Origin: an uncultured Acidocella sp.
GTDB lineage: Bacteria; Pseudomonadota; Alphaproteobacteria; Acetobacterales; Acetobacteraceae
Assembly (NCBI GenBank): GCA_963693045.1
Contig: OY843765.1
Location: 122,831-186,830 of the forward strand
Direction: 5' to 3'
Length of the DNA stretch: 64,000 bases
Numbering within the stretch: position 1 is the first letter of the stretch; the number at the start of each line of letters is the position of its first letter. Under the pieces are notes generated by a model. The model worked only from the letters and a program-made list of their open reading frames with translations, searched no databases and was not told the DNA's origin. The position numbers and the translations under genes are program-made. Below are positions 28,277-37,162 of this stretch, in pieces.

Positions 28277-29692
28277 ATGGGGACCGCGGCGCCAAGGCCT
28301 GTCATGCTGATCCCGCTGCTGGTCGCCGGCGCCACCTTCATGGAATTGCTGGACGGCACGGTCATCGTCACTGCTCTGCCGGCGATGGCGCGTTCGTTCC
28401 ATGTGGCGCCGGTCGACCTCAACCTCGGCATGACGGCCTACATTCTGACGCTCGCGGTGATGATCCCGGTCAGCGGCTGGATCGCCGAGCGGCATGGCGC
28501 GCGCAACGTTTTCGGCGTGGCGATCCTGATCTTCACTTTGGCCTCGATCCTCTGCGCCTTCACCGACGGTATCTGGAGTTTTACCGCGGCGCGGGTGTTG
28601 CAGGGCTTCGGCGGCGCGTTGATGGTGCCGGTCGGCCGGTTGATCGTGCTGCGCCGGGTGGAAAAGCAGGACCTGGTGCGCGCCACCGCCTACATCACCT
28701 GGCCGGCTCTGATGGCGCCGGTGCTGGGGCCGGCACTCGGCGGCTTTATCACCAGCTATGCCTCCTGGCGCTGGATTTTCTATCTGAACGTGCCGATCGG
28801 CATCTTCGGGTTGCTGTGTACCTGGGCGTTGATCGACAACGCCAGGACCGGCGTGCGCGACGCGCTCGACTGGCTTGGCTTCATGCTGATCGGCGCGGCC
28901 TGCGTCTGTCTCGTGTATGGTCTCAGCCTGATCGGCCAGACCAGGGGCGATTGGCGCATCGCGCTGCTGCTTTTGCTCGGCAGCGGCGCTTTAGCCTGGG
29001 CGGCGCTCGCGCATTCCCGCCGGCACCCGACGCCGCTGCTCGATCTTGGCGCCTTGCGCATCCGCACCTACGGCGTCGGCGTTCGCGGCGGCTCGATCCT
29101 ACGCACCGCGATCAGCGCCATCCCGTTCCTGCTGCCGCTGCTGTTTCAGCTCGGGTTCGGGATGAAGGCGTCCACATCGGGGTTGCTGCTGCTCACGCTG
29201 TTTGTCGGCAACCTGGGGATCAAGCCGGCCACCACGCCGCTGCTTCGCCGCTTCGGTTTCCGCAATATCCTGCTGGTCAACGGGCTGATCCTGGCGGCGT
29301 CTTTCGCGGCGATGAGCGGCTTTACCGCGAATACGCCCGTGGTGCCGATGGTCGTGGTGATGGTGATCAGCGGCGCCGCGCGCTCCATGCAGTTCACCGC
29401 TTTGGGCACGATCGCCTTCGCCGATGTGCCGAACTCGGGCATGACCGGCGCCAACACCTTCTTCAGCCTGGTCACGCAGCTCTCCAACGGCATCGGCGTC
29501 GCGGTCGCGGTGTTGGCGCTGCGCGGCGCCACGCTGCTCACCGGCGCCCATGCCGCGGCGCTCACGGTCGCGGATTTTCACATCGCCTTTCTCGCAATTG
29601 CGGCGCTGTCGCTGCTCGGCCTGCTCGACAGCCTCGGCCTGGCGCCCGACGCCGGTGCCGTGGTGAGCCGGCACCGGCGCTATAGCGTCTGA
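28277..29692 (+). CDS. MFS transporter, DHA2 (EmrB/QacA)-like
   Basis: Starts at ATG 28277 (MGTAAPRPVMLIPLLVAG). Many TM helices; N-terminal FMELLDGTVIVTALPAMA is typical of 14-TM drug/H+ antiporters. Confidence 0.85.
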   Translation: MGTAAPRPVMLIPLLVAGATFMELLDGTVIVTALPAMARSFHVAPVDLNLGMTAYILTLAVMIPVSGWIAERHGARNVFGVAILIFTLASILCAFTDGIWSFTAARVLQGFGGALMVPVGRLIVLRRVEKQDLVRATAYITWPALMAPVLGPALGGFITSYASWRWIFYLNVPIGIFGLLCTWALIDNARTGVRDALDWLGFMLIGAACVCLVYGLSLIGQTRGDWRIALLLLLGSGALAWAALAHSRRHPTPLLDLGALRIRTYGVGVRGGSILRTAISAIPFLLPLLFQLGFGMKASTSGLLLLTLFVGNLGIKPATTPLLRRFGFRNILLVNGLILAASFAAMSGFTANTPVVPMVVVMVISGAARSMQFTALGTIAFADVPNSGMTGANTFFSLVTQLSNGIGVAVAVLALRGATLLTGAHAAALTVADFHIAFLAIAALSLLGLLDSLGLAPDAGAVVSRHRRYSV

Positions 29693-29702
29693 GAGGCAAA
29701 AT

Positions 29703-30560
29703 TCAGAACTGCACGGGTTCGACCAGAGCCGGTTCGCCGAACGCGACCAGATGGGCGTTCGATCGCTCGAAGTATGAGCGCCAGAACGTCGCCAATGCTT
29801 CCAGCATTCGCGGTGAGCGGTAGTCGCCGCCCGTCGCGCCGGTGCGGGTTGCCGGCGCCAGCGCGCCGCCGATGACGTAGACCTTGGCACCGCCGAAGTC
29901 ACCGAATAGCGCCGCCGCCTCGGCCCGCTTCATCTCGGCGGCAGGGTCGACGATGCGGATCGCGTTGTGCCTGTAGAAGCTGGTGACGTCGGAGTTCTCC
30001 AGCCCGTCGGTTGCCACAAACAGCAGTTTGCGTGCGGCGCCGTCGGTGGCGATCGAGGTCGAGACCGCTTGCAGCGCCGACATGATGTCCGAATGGTCGA
30101 GGCTGCTCGAACTGGCTTGCAGGATCGACGAGACGGCGCCGTCGGCGAGGGCGATCGCATACGGCAGCTGGTCGGCGAGGCAGGCGTTGAAAATCCTGGT
30201 CTTCTGGATCGCCGTGTTGTCGACCTGGTCTTCCGGCATCGGGGCCTCGATGATCCCGGTGTGAACGACTTCGAGATAACGGCCCTGCGAGAAGGCAGAG
30301 AATTCGGCAACCACGAACTTGGTGCCGGGGCTCAGGTTGCTGTTCAGGTTGTCGGTGATCGAGGCGCGGAGATCGGCGTTCCAGGTCACGGTCTGGTCGA
30401 TCAGCACATAGATCAGCCTGCTGTAACCCTGCGCGATCACCGGCCGGATGCCATTCGCGGCGTAGCAGCTCGGCACATCGTTCTGCAGCCCGGCTTGCGC
30501 CGGCCGCGCCAGAGACAGAGCCGCCAAGGCGGCGAGGAGGATCAGACGTCGTCGATCCAA
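29703..30560 (-). CDS. secreted protein with vWA-like (MIDAS-variant) features, unknown function
   Basis: Proposed TTG start at 30560 gives the signal peptide (M)DRRRLILLAALAALSLARPAQA|G. vWA-like beta-strand and motif pattern: LIYVLIDQTVT, KFVVAEFS, SDIMSALQAV, KLLFVATDGLEN, AKVYVIGGA. The long track ORF (to 30983) is an out-of-frame overlap with the upstream gene. Confidence 0.55.
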   Translation of the reverse strand: MDRRRLILLAALAALSLARPAQAGLQNDVPSCYAANGIRPVIAQGYSRLIYVLIDQTVTWNADLRASITDNLNSNLSPGTKFVVAEFSAFSQGRYLEVVHTGIIEAPMPEDQVDNTAIQKTRIFNACLADQLPYAIALADGAVSSILQASSSSLDHSDIMSALQAVSTSIATDGAARKLLFVATDGLENSDVTSFYRHNAIRIVDPAAEMKRAEAAALFGDFGGAKVYVIGGALAPATRTGATGGDYRSPRMLEALATFWRSYFERSNAHLVAFGEPALVEPVQF

Positions 30561-32008
30561 GAGGCCTCCGCGCGCTCGGCCTTGATGGTCTTGATCGCGG
30601 CCTGCAACTGCCCGGCTTCCGCCGGCGCCAGTTCGCCGACGATCTGTCTGAGCCGGGCGCGCCGCAGAGCGGGGTCGGCGATGTCCAGGATCATCGTCGC
30701 CTGCTCCGTGGCGTCGAAGACGAGCAGTGGTTGCGCCGCCACCGCGGCACCGGCCGGCGCCTCCTCGCGCAGGCGTTTGGCTTCCATCCAGCTTGCGAAG
30801 GTGAAGGTCGAAGGGGCGGTGTGGGAGTCGCCGAACAGGCCGCTGCGCAGCTGCTGCAGCCGCCGTTCGGTCCGCCGCAGCCTTGGGTCGAGCAGGTGGC
30901 GCTTGTAGTCCTCGTAACTCGAATAGCCGAGCGTGCCGCGCTGGAACGCGGCCTCGACGCGGCGCCGCTTGATGTGGCCCCACTGGATGCCCAGCGACGT
31001 GGAATAGACCTGGGTGAACAGGAAAATCACGCCGAGACCGATGATGCCGGCGGTGCCGCCGAGGATCTGTTCGTAATTCTCTTCGGCCTGCACGGTCTTC
31101 TGCGCGTCGGCGGCGTTCTGCGTCACGTCCGGCGGCAGGTTACCGCCCGGGGCCGCGGCGAACGGGTTGCCGTTTGACCCCGTCGCGGCGCCGGCCGCAT
31201 CGGGGTTGCCCGACAGCGCGGTCTGCTGGGTCACGGCGAGGCGCAGGTTTTCGTAGCGCAGCACGGTGGAGGCGCACAGTACGATGACGACAAAGGCGGC
31301 GGCGAAGACCATCAGCTTGCGGCTGCCGCGATCCTCGACCGATTCCAATATGCGGTTGCCGAACCGCGTCACGTCGTCCTCGCCGAGGTCCACGTCCTGG
31401 TCGACATCATTGGCGATCGCGGTTTTGTACAGGGCGGTTTTCTTGTCGTTGGCGACCTTGCGCATCTTCCTGATCAGCGCGGTCTCGTAAACCTCCTGCC
31501 CGGCGGCATGGGTCAGCCCGGCGGCGATGATCGCCATCACGAACGCGATGACGAAGCCGATCACCTGCGCGGAGTTGGGCGTGATTTCCGAGGCGACGAA
31601 GGGCGCCAGCAGCAGCCCGAAGCCCAGGGCCTCGGCGACCAGAAGAATAAACAGGAACGGCATGCCCCAGCCCGGCATCGGCCGGCGGTCGGCCTGCTTG
31701 GCCAGCAGCAGGAACTGGTAGGCCCGCTGGAAGCGCTCGCGGCTGACGATGCCGATATGGTTGAAATAGGTGGTCAGCAGCTCCTGCTCGGCGGCGGTCG
31801 AGTTATTGCCGGTCACATCGTCGCGGACCGGATTGAGGTCCTTGCGGCGGATCGATTTGCGGAGCTTGCCGAAGCCGGGCAGAGCGTACCAGAAGTCGTT
31901 CCAGTAAAATTCCTGGGTTCGCCGCACCCAGAACAAGTAAACCACCAGAACCACGGCGAGGACCAGAACGACGATCGCGTAAATCTGTTGCAGCGTGAAA
32001 TTCAGCAA
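30542..32008 (-). CDS. polytopic inner-membrane protein (about 5 TM) with a charged C-terminal tail, unknown function
   Basis: TTG start at 32008 lies 6 nt after AGGAG. TM segments include IYAIVVLVLAVVLVVYLFWV, MPFLFILLVAEALGFGLLLAPFV, VIGFVIAFVMAIIAAGL, LMVFAAAFVVIVLCASTVL and GIIGLGVIFLFTQVY. No family recognised. Confidence 0.55.
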   Translation of the reverse strand: MLNFTLQQIYAIVVLVLAVVLVVYLFWVRRTQEFYWNDFWYALPGFGKLRKSIRRKDLNPVRDDVTGNNSTAAEQELLTTYFNHIGIVSRERFQRAYQFLLLAKQADRRPMPGWGMPFLFILLVAEALGFGLLLAPFVASEITPNSAQVIGFVIAFVMAIIAAGLTHAAGQEVYETALIRKMRKVANDKKTALYKTAIANDVDQDVDLGEDDVTRFGNRILESVEDRGSRKLMVFAAAFVVIVLCASTVLRYENLRLAVTQQTALSGNPDAAGAATGSNGNPFAAAPGGNLPPDVTQNAADAQKTVQAEENYEQILGGTAGIIGLGVIFLFTQVYSTSLGIQWGHIKRRRVEAAFQRGTLGYSSYEDYKRHLLDPRLRRTERRLQQLRSGLFGDSHTAPSTFTFASWMEAKRLREEAPAGAAVAAQPLLVFDATEQATMILDIADPALRRARLRQIVGELAPAEAGQLQAAIKTIKAERAEASWIDDV

Positions 32009-32063
32009 ACCTGGCTCCTGGCTGAGCCGGCGGGCACGGGATCCGCCGGGACCTGATCGGGAC

Positions 32064-32810
32064 CTAATGTAGCGCGAAATCCTGTTCCGCCTCATAGTAG
32101 CGGCGGTAACGTTGATAATAAAGGTAGCCGGTTCCCGTGCTTTGGCCGTGTTGCACCACGAGGTCGAGGCAACGCACCGGGCCGCCGAGGAAAACCCGGT
32201 ACAGCACCGCCTTGCCGCCCCGATAGACGCGCACGGCGCCGGGCTCGGCAAAGGACGGCGCCGTCGCCTGGCCGTCATAGTTCCGATAGATCTGCAAAAT
32301 TGGTGCCGCGACCGGCGCCCTGGCATCGCGCGGCGCATAAACGTGCAAAAGTGCCACCAGGTTGCCATTGAACCCAGCGGTCCAGGGCGCGCCGTAGAAA
32401 CCGGGCAGGTAGTCGCGGATCGGCAGGCGCGGCGCCGTCGTGGCGGCCGGCGGCAGCTCGGTGAGGCAGGAGGAGAGCACCATCTCCCGCGCCCCGAACA
32501 GCCAGGCGAGAACCGCCTGCCCCGGCTCCGGCAACGCCGGCCCGAGATCGACGAGGCTGCCGGACCTTGCGACCGGCAGGCCGCCGAAGCCGTAGATGGG
32601 ACCAGGCGGGTCATGGGCGCTGGGGCGGATCCTGACCGCTTGCGCCCGGGCCAGGCTCTTCGCTTGTTCCACCATCGCGGTATCGGCCTTGTACCGCGCG
32701 GTCAGCATCCTGGCCCCGCCGTAGATCAGCAGCAGAACAAGCAGGAAACGCAGCAACGAACGATCGGCGGCGCGGCGGTCGGTCCGGTATCTTCTCGGAA
32801 AAAACCCCAT
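32064..32810 (-). CDS. single-pass membrane-anchored protein, unknown function
   Basis: Starts at ATG 32810 (MGFFPRRYRTDRR) or TTG 32834. One N-terminal TM (LLRFLLVLLLIYGGARML) followed by a ~200-aa domain. First gene of a 3-gene same-strand set. Confidence 0.5.
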   Translation of the reverse strand: MGFFPRRYRTDRRAADRSLLRFLLVLLLIYGGARMLTARYKADTAMVEQAKSLARAQAVRIRPSAHDPPGPIYGFGGLPVARSGSLVDLGPALPEPGQAVLAWLFGAREMVLSSCLTELPPAATTAPRLPIRDYLPGFYGAPWTAGFNGNLVALLHVYAPRDARAPVAAPILQIYRNYDGQATAPSFAEPGAVRVYRGGKAVLYRVFLGGPVRCLDLVVQHGQSTGTGYLYYQRYRRYYEAEQDFALH

Positions 32811-32975
32811 GGCGGACGGACCTGTTGCGGACAACCGTCCAGGCGGCGTGATGATCGACGCCCCCAGCCTGCCACAAAAGCGCGGCTTCCACCATTGCTG
32901 GGGCTCAACGACCGCCAGCCGGGGCGGGAAGGTCAGGCTGAAGCTGGAACGAAGCGTCTCGATCGGGCGCTATTG

Positions 32976-33051
32976 CTACCCTCATTTTGGCGGGCAATTC
33001 CATGGCTCAATCGATTGCCGCGCGATTCGACTTCAAGCCATATTGCCCTAG
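32976..33051 (+). repeat. REP/MITE-like repeat, copy B (in the divergent region upstream of vgrG)
   Basis: ctaccctcattttggcgggcaattccatggctcaatcgattgccgcgcgattcgacttcaagccatattgccctag aligns along its whole length with copies A and C. Confidence 0.8.
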
Positions 33052-33208
33052 GACGCTGTCCGCTTTCGTTGTACCAGAAGGCGCCATAATTCGCTTCAGG
33101 GAGCTCGATGGCTCAACGAGATTGATTTTGCACGGCCTTTGGGGGAACCTGTACGCAAAGGAGGTGGTCTCGTTCGGCTGCCGAAAGCGACTGCACCGGG
33201 GATGGATA

Positions 33209-35146
33209 ATGAGCGGAAGCGCAACCGATTTGCTGTCGATCAAGACGCCGCTGCCCGAAACCGCGTTCAAGGCCGTCGGTTTGAGCGCGCGTGAACAGCT
33301 CAGCCGGCCGTTCAGCTACCTCGTCGATCTCTCGTCCGGCACCGCGGCGCTGTCGCCGGACAGTCTGATCGACCAGAAGGTAACGGTGACTTTGGGCGAC
33401 CCCGAAACCCACGGCCGGTACTTCAACGGCGTGGTGCAGGCGGTGCAGCAAATGCCGACGGCCAATGCGGCGCTGTGGAGCTACCGGCTGACCGTGGTGC
33501 CAAAGCTGTGGTTCCTCGGCCAGACCCAAAGCTCGCGGTTTTTTCAGAACATGAACGTGCCGGACATCGTGACCGGGATATTGGACAAGTTCTCCGTCGC
33601 CTACAGCAAAAACCTGCAAGGCAGCTACGGCAAGCGCGACTACACCGTGCAGTTCAACGAAAGCTACCTGCACTTCGTCCAGCGTGTTCTCGAAGACGAG
33701 GGCATCTTCTATTTCTTCGAGCATACCGACAGCGCCCATACGATGGTGCTGGGCGACCGCAAATCGGCTTTTATGGAAATCCCCAACCCGAGCCTGACGG
33801 TGCGGGAGGGCGCCCAGGGCAGTTATGACCTGTCGAGTTGGCACCGCGAAGATAGTTCGGCGCTGGGCCAGGTGACGGTGGACGATTATGATCCCGCGAC
33901 CAATACGCTGAACCCGGCGGCGATCCGGGGCGAGGTGCCGACCGTGCTGACGCCGAGTGGTGCGCCGAACCGCACCCACTACACCTGGCCGGCGGTCCGC
34001 GGCACCACGGGCGACGCCAATACGCGGGCGCAATGGCGGATGGAGGCGGCCGAGGCGGCGGCGCAGCTTTATGCCGGCAGCGGCGGGCCGTTGGATTTTT
34101 TCGCGGGCGGCGTCATCACGGTCGCCAACGATCCGACCAAAGCTGGCGGCTCAGGCGATTACGTGCTGCGTTCGGTCACCTACCAGGCGTCCGACAGCGC
34201 CGACGGCACGATCGGCGGTAGCGGCAGCATGGCGACGATGAGCTGCACGGCGTTCCCGGCCGACAGGCAATGGCGGGAAGTACCGGCCTTCGCAGCGCCG
34301 GTGATGGCCGGGCTGTACACCGCCAAGGTGATCGGTCCGCCCGGCGAGGAGATTTATGTCGACGATCTGGGGCGGATCAAGATATGGTTTCCGTGGGACG
34401 TCGAAGGCGACATCAACGAGCAGGACACGCTCTGGGTCCGGGTGATGCAGCCCTGGGGCGGCGTCGGCTGGGGCACCCAGTTCGTGCCCCGGATCGGCAT
34501 GGAAGTGGTCGTGGCGTTCCTGGAAGGCGACGTGAACCGGCCGATGGTGATCGGCTCGATCTACAACAGCCAGCAAACCCCGCTGTTCAAGGCCGCCGAC
34601 AAGAACAAGAGCGGGATCAGGACCCGCTCCACGCTGCAAGGCGGCGACAGCAATTATCATGAACTGTCGTTCGACGACACCAAGGGCAGCGAGAAGATGC
34701 TGCTGCACGCCGAGAAGGATTACCAGCTCGAAGTCGAAAACGACCAGACCCTGCAGATCGACAACAACCGCAACGTCACGGTCACCAAGGATGAAACCGT
34801 AACGGTCAACGGCAAGCAGACGCATACGATCAAGGAGGACCGCACGCTGACGGTTTCCGAAGGCCACATGGCCACCACCGTCAGCCAGGGCAACCGGACC
34901 GCCGAGGTTTCGATGGGCAATGAGAGCCTCAAGGTCGATCTCGGCACCATCACTTACGAGGCGATGCAGTCGATCACGCTGAAGGTCGGCACCAGCTCGA
35001 TCGTCATCGACAATACCGGGATCACGATGAAAGGTCTGATGATCCAGGTGAGCGGCGACACGCTGACGGCGCTGAAAGGCGCGATGGTGCAGGTCAACGG
35101 CTCGGGCATGCTGACGCTGGCCGGCGGCATCACGATGATCAATTGA
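33209..35146 (+). CDS. vgrG: type VI secretion spike protein VgrG (TssI), no C-terminal effector extension
   Basis: 645 aa from ATG 33209 (purine-rich GGGGATGGA just upstream). gp27-like N-terminus, gp5-like OB fold and beta-helix repeats (VTVTKDETVTVNGKQTHTIKEDRTLTV). Ends with ...LAGGITMIN. Confidence 0.9.
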   Translation: MSGSATDLLSIKTPLPETAFKAVGLSAREQLSRPFSYLVDLSSGTAALSPDSLIDQKVTVTLGDPETHGRYFNGVVQAVQQMPTANAALWSYRLTVVPKLWFLGQTQSSRFFQNMNVPDIVTGILDKFSVAYSKNLQGSYGKRDYTVQFNESYLHFVQRVLEDEGIFYFFEHTDSAHTMVLGDRKSAFMEIPNPSLTVREGAQGSYDLSSWHREDSSALGQVTVDDYDPATNTLNPAAIRGEVPTVLTPSGAPNRTHYTWPAVRGTTGDANTRAQWRMEAAEAAAQLYAGSGGPLDFFAGGVITVANDPTKAGGSGDYVLRSVTYQASDSADGTIGGSGSMATMSCTAFPADRQWREVPAFAAPVMAGLYTAKVIGPPGEEIYVDDLGRIKIWFPWDVEGDINEQDTLWVRVMQPWGGVGWGTQFVPRIGMEVVVAFLEGDVNRPMVIGSIYNSQQTPLFKAADKNKSGIRTRSTLQGGDSNYHELSFDDTKGSEKMLLHAEKDYQLEVENDQTLQIDNNRNVTVTKDETVTVNGKQTHTIKEDRTLTVSEGHMATTVSQGNRTAEVSMGNESLKVDLGTITYEAMQSITLKVGTSSIVIDNTGITMKGLMIQVSGDTLTALKGAMVQVNGSGMLTLAGGITMIN

Positions 35147-35153
35147 GGCGGCC

Positions 35154-35747
35154 ATGAACAACGCCGCCCCGAACAAACTCTCCAGCGCCGAACTCGCCGA
35201 GGTGTTGCGGCGCTGCGACCTGCCGGCGCCGCCGGCGGCCGCGGTTGCCGGCATCGCCGACGTGCCAGGGGTGATCGCAGCTCTGGTCCGCGAAGGTTTT
35301 CAGGTCGAGGCGGCGCGGGTGTTCGCCCATGCGCTGCCGCGGCGCGAGGCGGTCTGGTGGGCCTGCATGTGTACCGCGCACACGGCACCGGCCGAGCTGG
35401 CCGAGGCCGACCGCAAGGCGCTGGAATACGCCGAACTCTGGGTCCGCCAGCAGACCGATGCGCTGCGCCGGGCGGCGATGGAGGAAGCCAAGAAAGCCGA
35501 GTTCCAGAGCCCGGAAGCCTGGGCCGGCGTCGCCGCGTTCTGGAGCGGCGATTCGATCGCGCCGCCGGAAAACTTGGCTGTGCCGCCGCCGCCGCATCTG
35601 GCCGGCGTCGCGGTCGCGGGCGCCGTCGCCCTAGCGGCGGTTCGCGGCAACCCGGTGCGTCAGCAACAGCGCCTCACGCTGTTCTTGCAAGCGGCGCAGG
35701 ACATCGCAGGCGGCGGCACCGGCCGCCTACAACCGGAGAGCCCGTGA
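35154..35747 (+). CDS. 197-aa conserved-looking hypothetical protein embedded in the T6SS operon
   Basis: Begins 7 nt after the vgrG stop, and its own stop overlaps the tagH start (GTGATG). Looks helical by eye, with a WWACMC motif. No family recognised by eye. Confidence 0.6.
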   Translation: MNNAAPNKLSSAELAEVLRRCDLPAPPAAAVAGIADVPGVIAALVREGFQVEAARVFAHALPRREAVWWACMCTAHTAPAELAEADRKALEYAELWVRQQTDALRRAAMEEAKKAEFQSPEAWAGVAAFWSGDSIAPPENLAVPPPPHLAGVAVAGAVALAAVRGNPVRQQQRLTLFLQAAQDIAGGGTGRLQPESP

Positions 35748-37162
35748 TGCTGGTTTTGAGTGTATTGCGCTGCCCGGATGCGGTGCCCCCGGAAACCAGG
35801 CGGGTTACCGGCGGCGAGTTCAAGATCGGTCGCGGCGCCGATAACGACTGGATCATGCCCGACCCGGACCGGCTGTTGTCGAAGCGGCATTGCGTGATCG
35901 CTTTTCGCAACGGCGGCTGGGCGCTGGCCGATACCAGCACCAACGGCACCTTTATCAACCGCGACGCCGAGCCGTTGGGCGCTGGCCGGATACGGGATCT
36001 GGCCAACGGCGACCGCATCCGTTTCGGCGCCTACGAGATCGAGGCACGGATCGAGGCGGAGGCCTTCGCGCCGGCGCCCCGCGGCGGCGGCTCGCCGTTC
36101 GACGATCCGTTCGGGGACGATGTGTTCGCGGCAAGGCCGGCGCCGCAGGAGACATTCACCTCGTCGGCCTTCGGCAACGATCCGCTGTTCGGCGGCCCGC
36201 CGCCGCAACAGGGTGTCGCGATGCCGAGCCGGTTCGATCCGCTGGCCGCGCCATCCGATGACGACTTCTTCGGGCCGGCGACCGTGCCGGACCATACCCC
36301 GTCGTTCGGCGACGCCTTCAGGCCGCCGCCGCTGGCGCCGAAGGTGGTTCCGGATGATGAGTGGGACCTTGATTTGCCGTTGAGCCCGCCGGCGGCCGCG
36401 CCGCCGCTTGCCGCACCGCCAGCACCCGCCTATGCGCCACCACCGCCGCCTGCCTTCGCGCCGCCGCCGCCGCCCTTGCCGATTGCGCCGGCGCCAGCCG
36501 CGGCGGTCTCGCCGTTCGCCGAGGAGGATGACGTCTCGCCGCCGGCCACGCCGCCGGAGCGCGCCGCCGCGGGGTCCGTGGCACTGCTGGATGCCTTTCT
36601 AGCGGGTGCGGGCATGACCGGCCGCACCCCGGAAAATCCCGAGGCGACGATGCGGGCCATGGGGGCGGCGATGCGCGCCACCGTCGCCGGTATCCGCCAG
36701 GCGCTGATCGCCCGCTCGTCGATCAAGGGCGAGTTCCGGATCGAGCAGACGATGATCCGCTCGCGCGGCAACAACCCGCTGAAATTTTCCGCCGACGACG
36801 ACGATGCGCTGAGCGCGCTGATCGGCGTCGGCCGGCGGATGGACGTGCAGCCGGACGCCGCGATCGCCGATGCGCTGCGCGACATGCGGCTGCACGAGCT
36901 GGCGACGATGGCGGCGATGCAGGACGCGGTGCGGGCCCTGCTCGCGCAGCTCGACCCGGCGCGGCTGCGGACCGAAGCCGAGGGCGGCGGTATGACGGTG
37001 CTGCCGGCGCAGAAGAAAGCCCGCGCCTTCGACGCCTATGAAAAGCTGCACGGCCAGGTCACCCGCGCCCTGGCCGACGATTTCGACAGCGTTTTCGGCA
37101 AGTCCTTTGCCCGCGCCTACGAGGTGGCGTTGCGGGCTATTTCGGCGAGGGAACCACAATGA
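35747..37162 (+). CDS. tagH: T6SS-associated FHA-domain protein TagH (Fha)
   Basis: 471 aa from ATG 35747. FHA domain (FKIGRGADNDWIMPDPDRLLSKRHCVIAFRNGGWALADTSTNGTFIN), Pro/Ala-rich middle, TagH-type C-terminal domain. Confidence 0.85.
   Translation: MLVLSVLRCPDAVPPETRRVTGGEFKIGRGADNDWIMPDPDRLLSKRHCVIAFRNGGWALADTSTNGTFINRDAEPLGAGRIRDLANGDRIRFGAYEIEARIEAEAFAPAPRGGGSPFDDPFGDDVFAARPAPQETFTSSAFGNDPLFGGPPPQQGVAMPSRFDPLAAPSDDDFFGPATVPDHTPSFGDAFRPPPLAPKVVPDDEWDLDLPLSPPAAAPPLAAPPAPAYAPPPPPAFAPPPPPLPIAPAPAAAVSPFAEEDDVSPPATPPERAAAGSVALLDAFLAGAGMTGRTPENPEATMRAMGAAMRATVAGIRQALIARSSIKGEFRIEQTMIRSRGNNPLKFSADDDDALSALIGVGRRMDVQPDAAIADALRDMRLHELATMAAMQDAVRALLAQLDPARLRTEAEGGGMTVLPAQKKARAFDAYEKLHGQVTRALADDFDSVFGKSFARAYEVALRAISAREPQ

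Noticed and set aside
32987-33208. N-terminal extensions suggested by the ORF track:
- vgrG from 32987
- tagH from 35357
- tssL from 39075
- priA from 46623
- SDR to 58340
- atpD to 53832
- GMC from 24841
- lactonase from 26700
- methyltransferase to 18752
- the two envelope genes to 30983 and 32614
   Set aside because: The extensions run through repeats, neighbouring genes or intergenic DNA and lack family-typical sequence. Internal starts give canonical N-termini, RBS-like purine tracts or start/stop coupling with the upstream gene.
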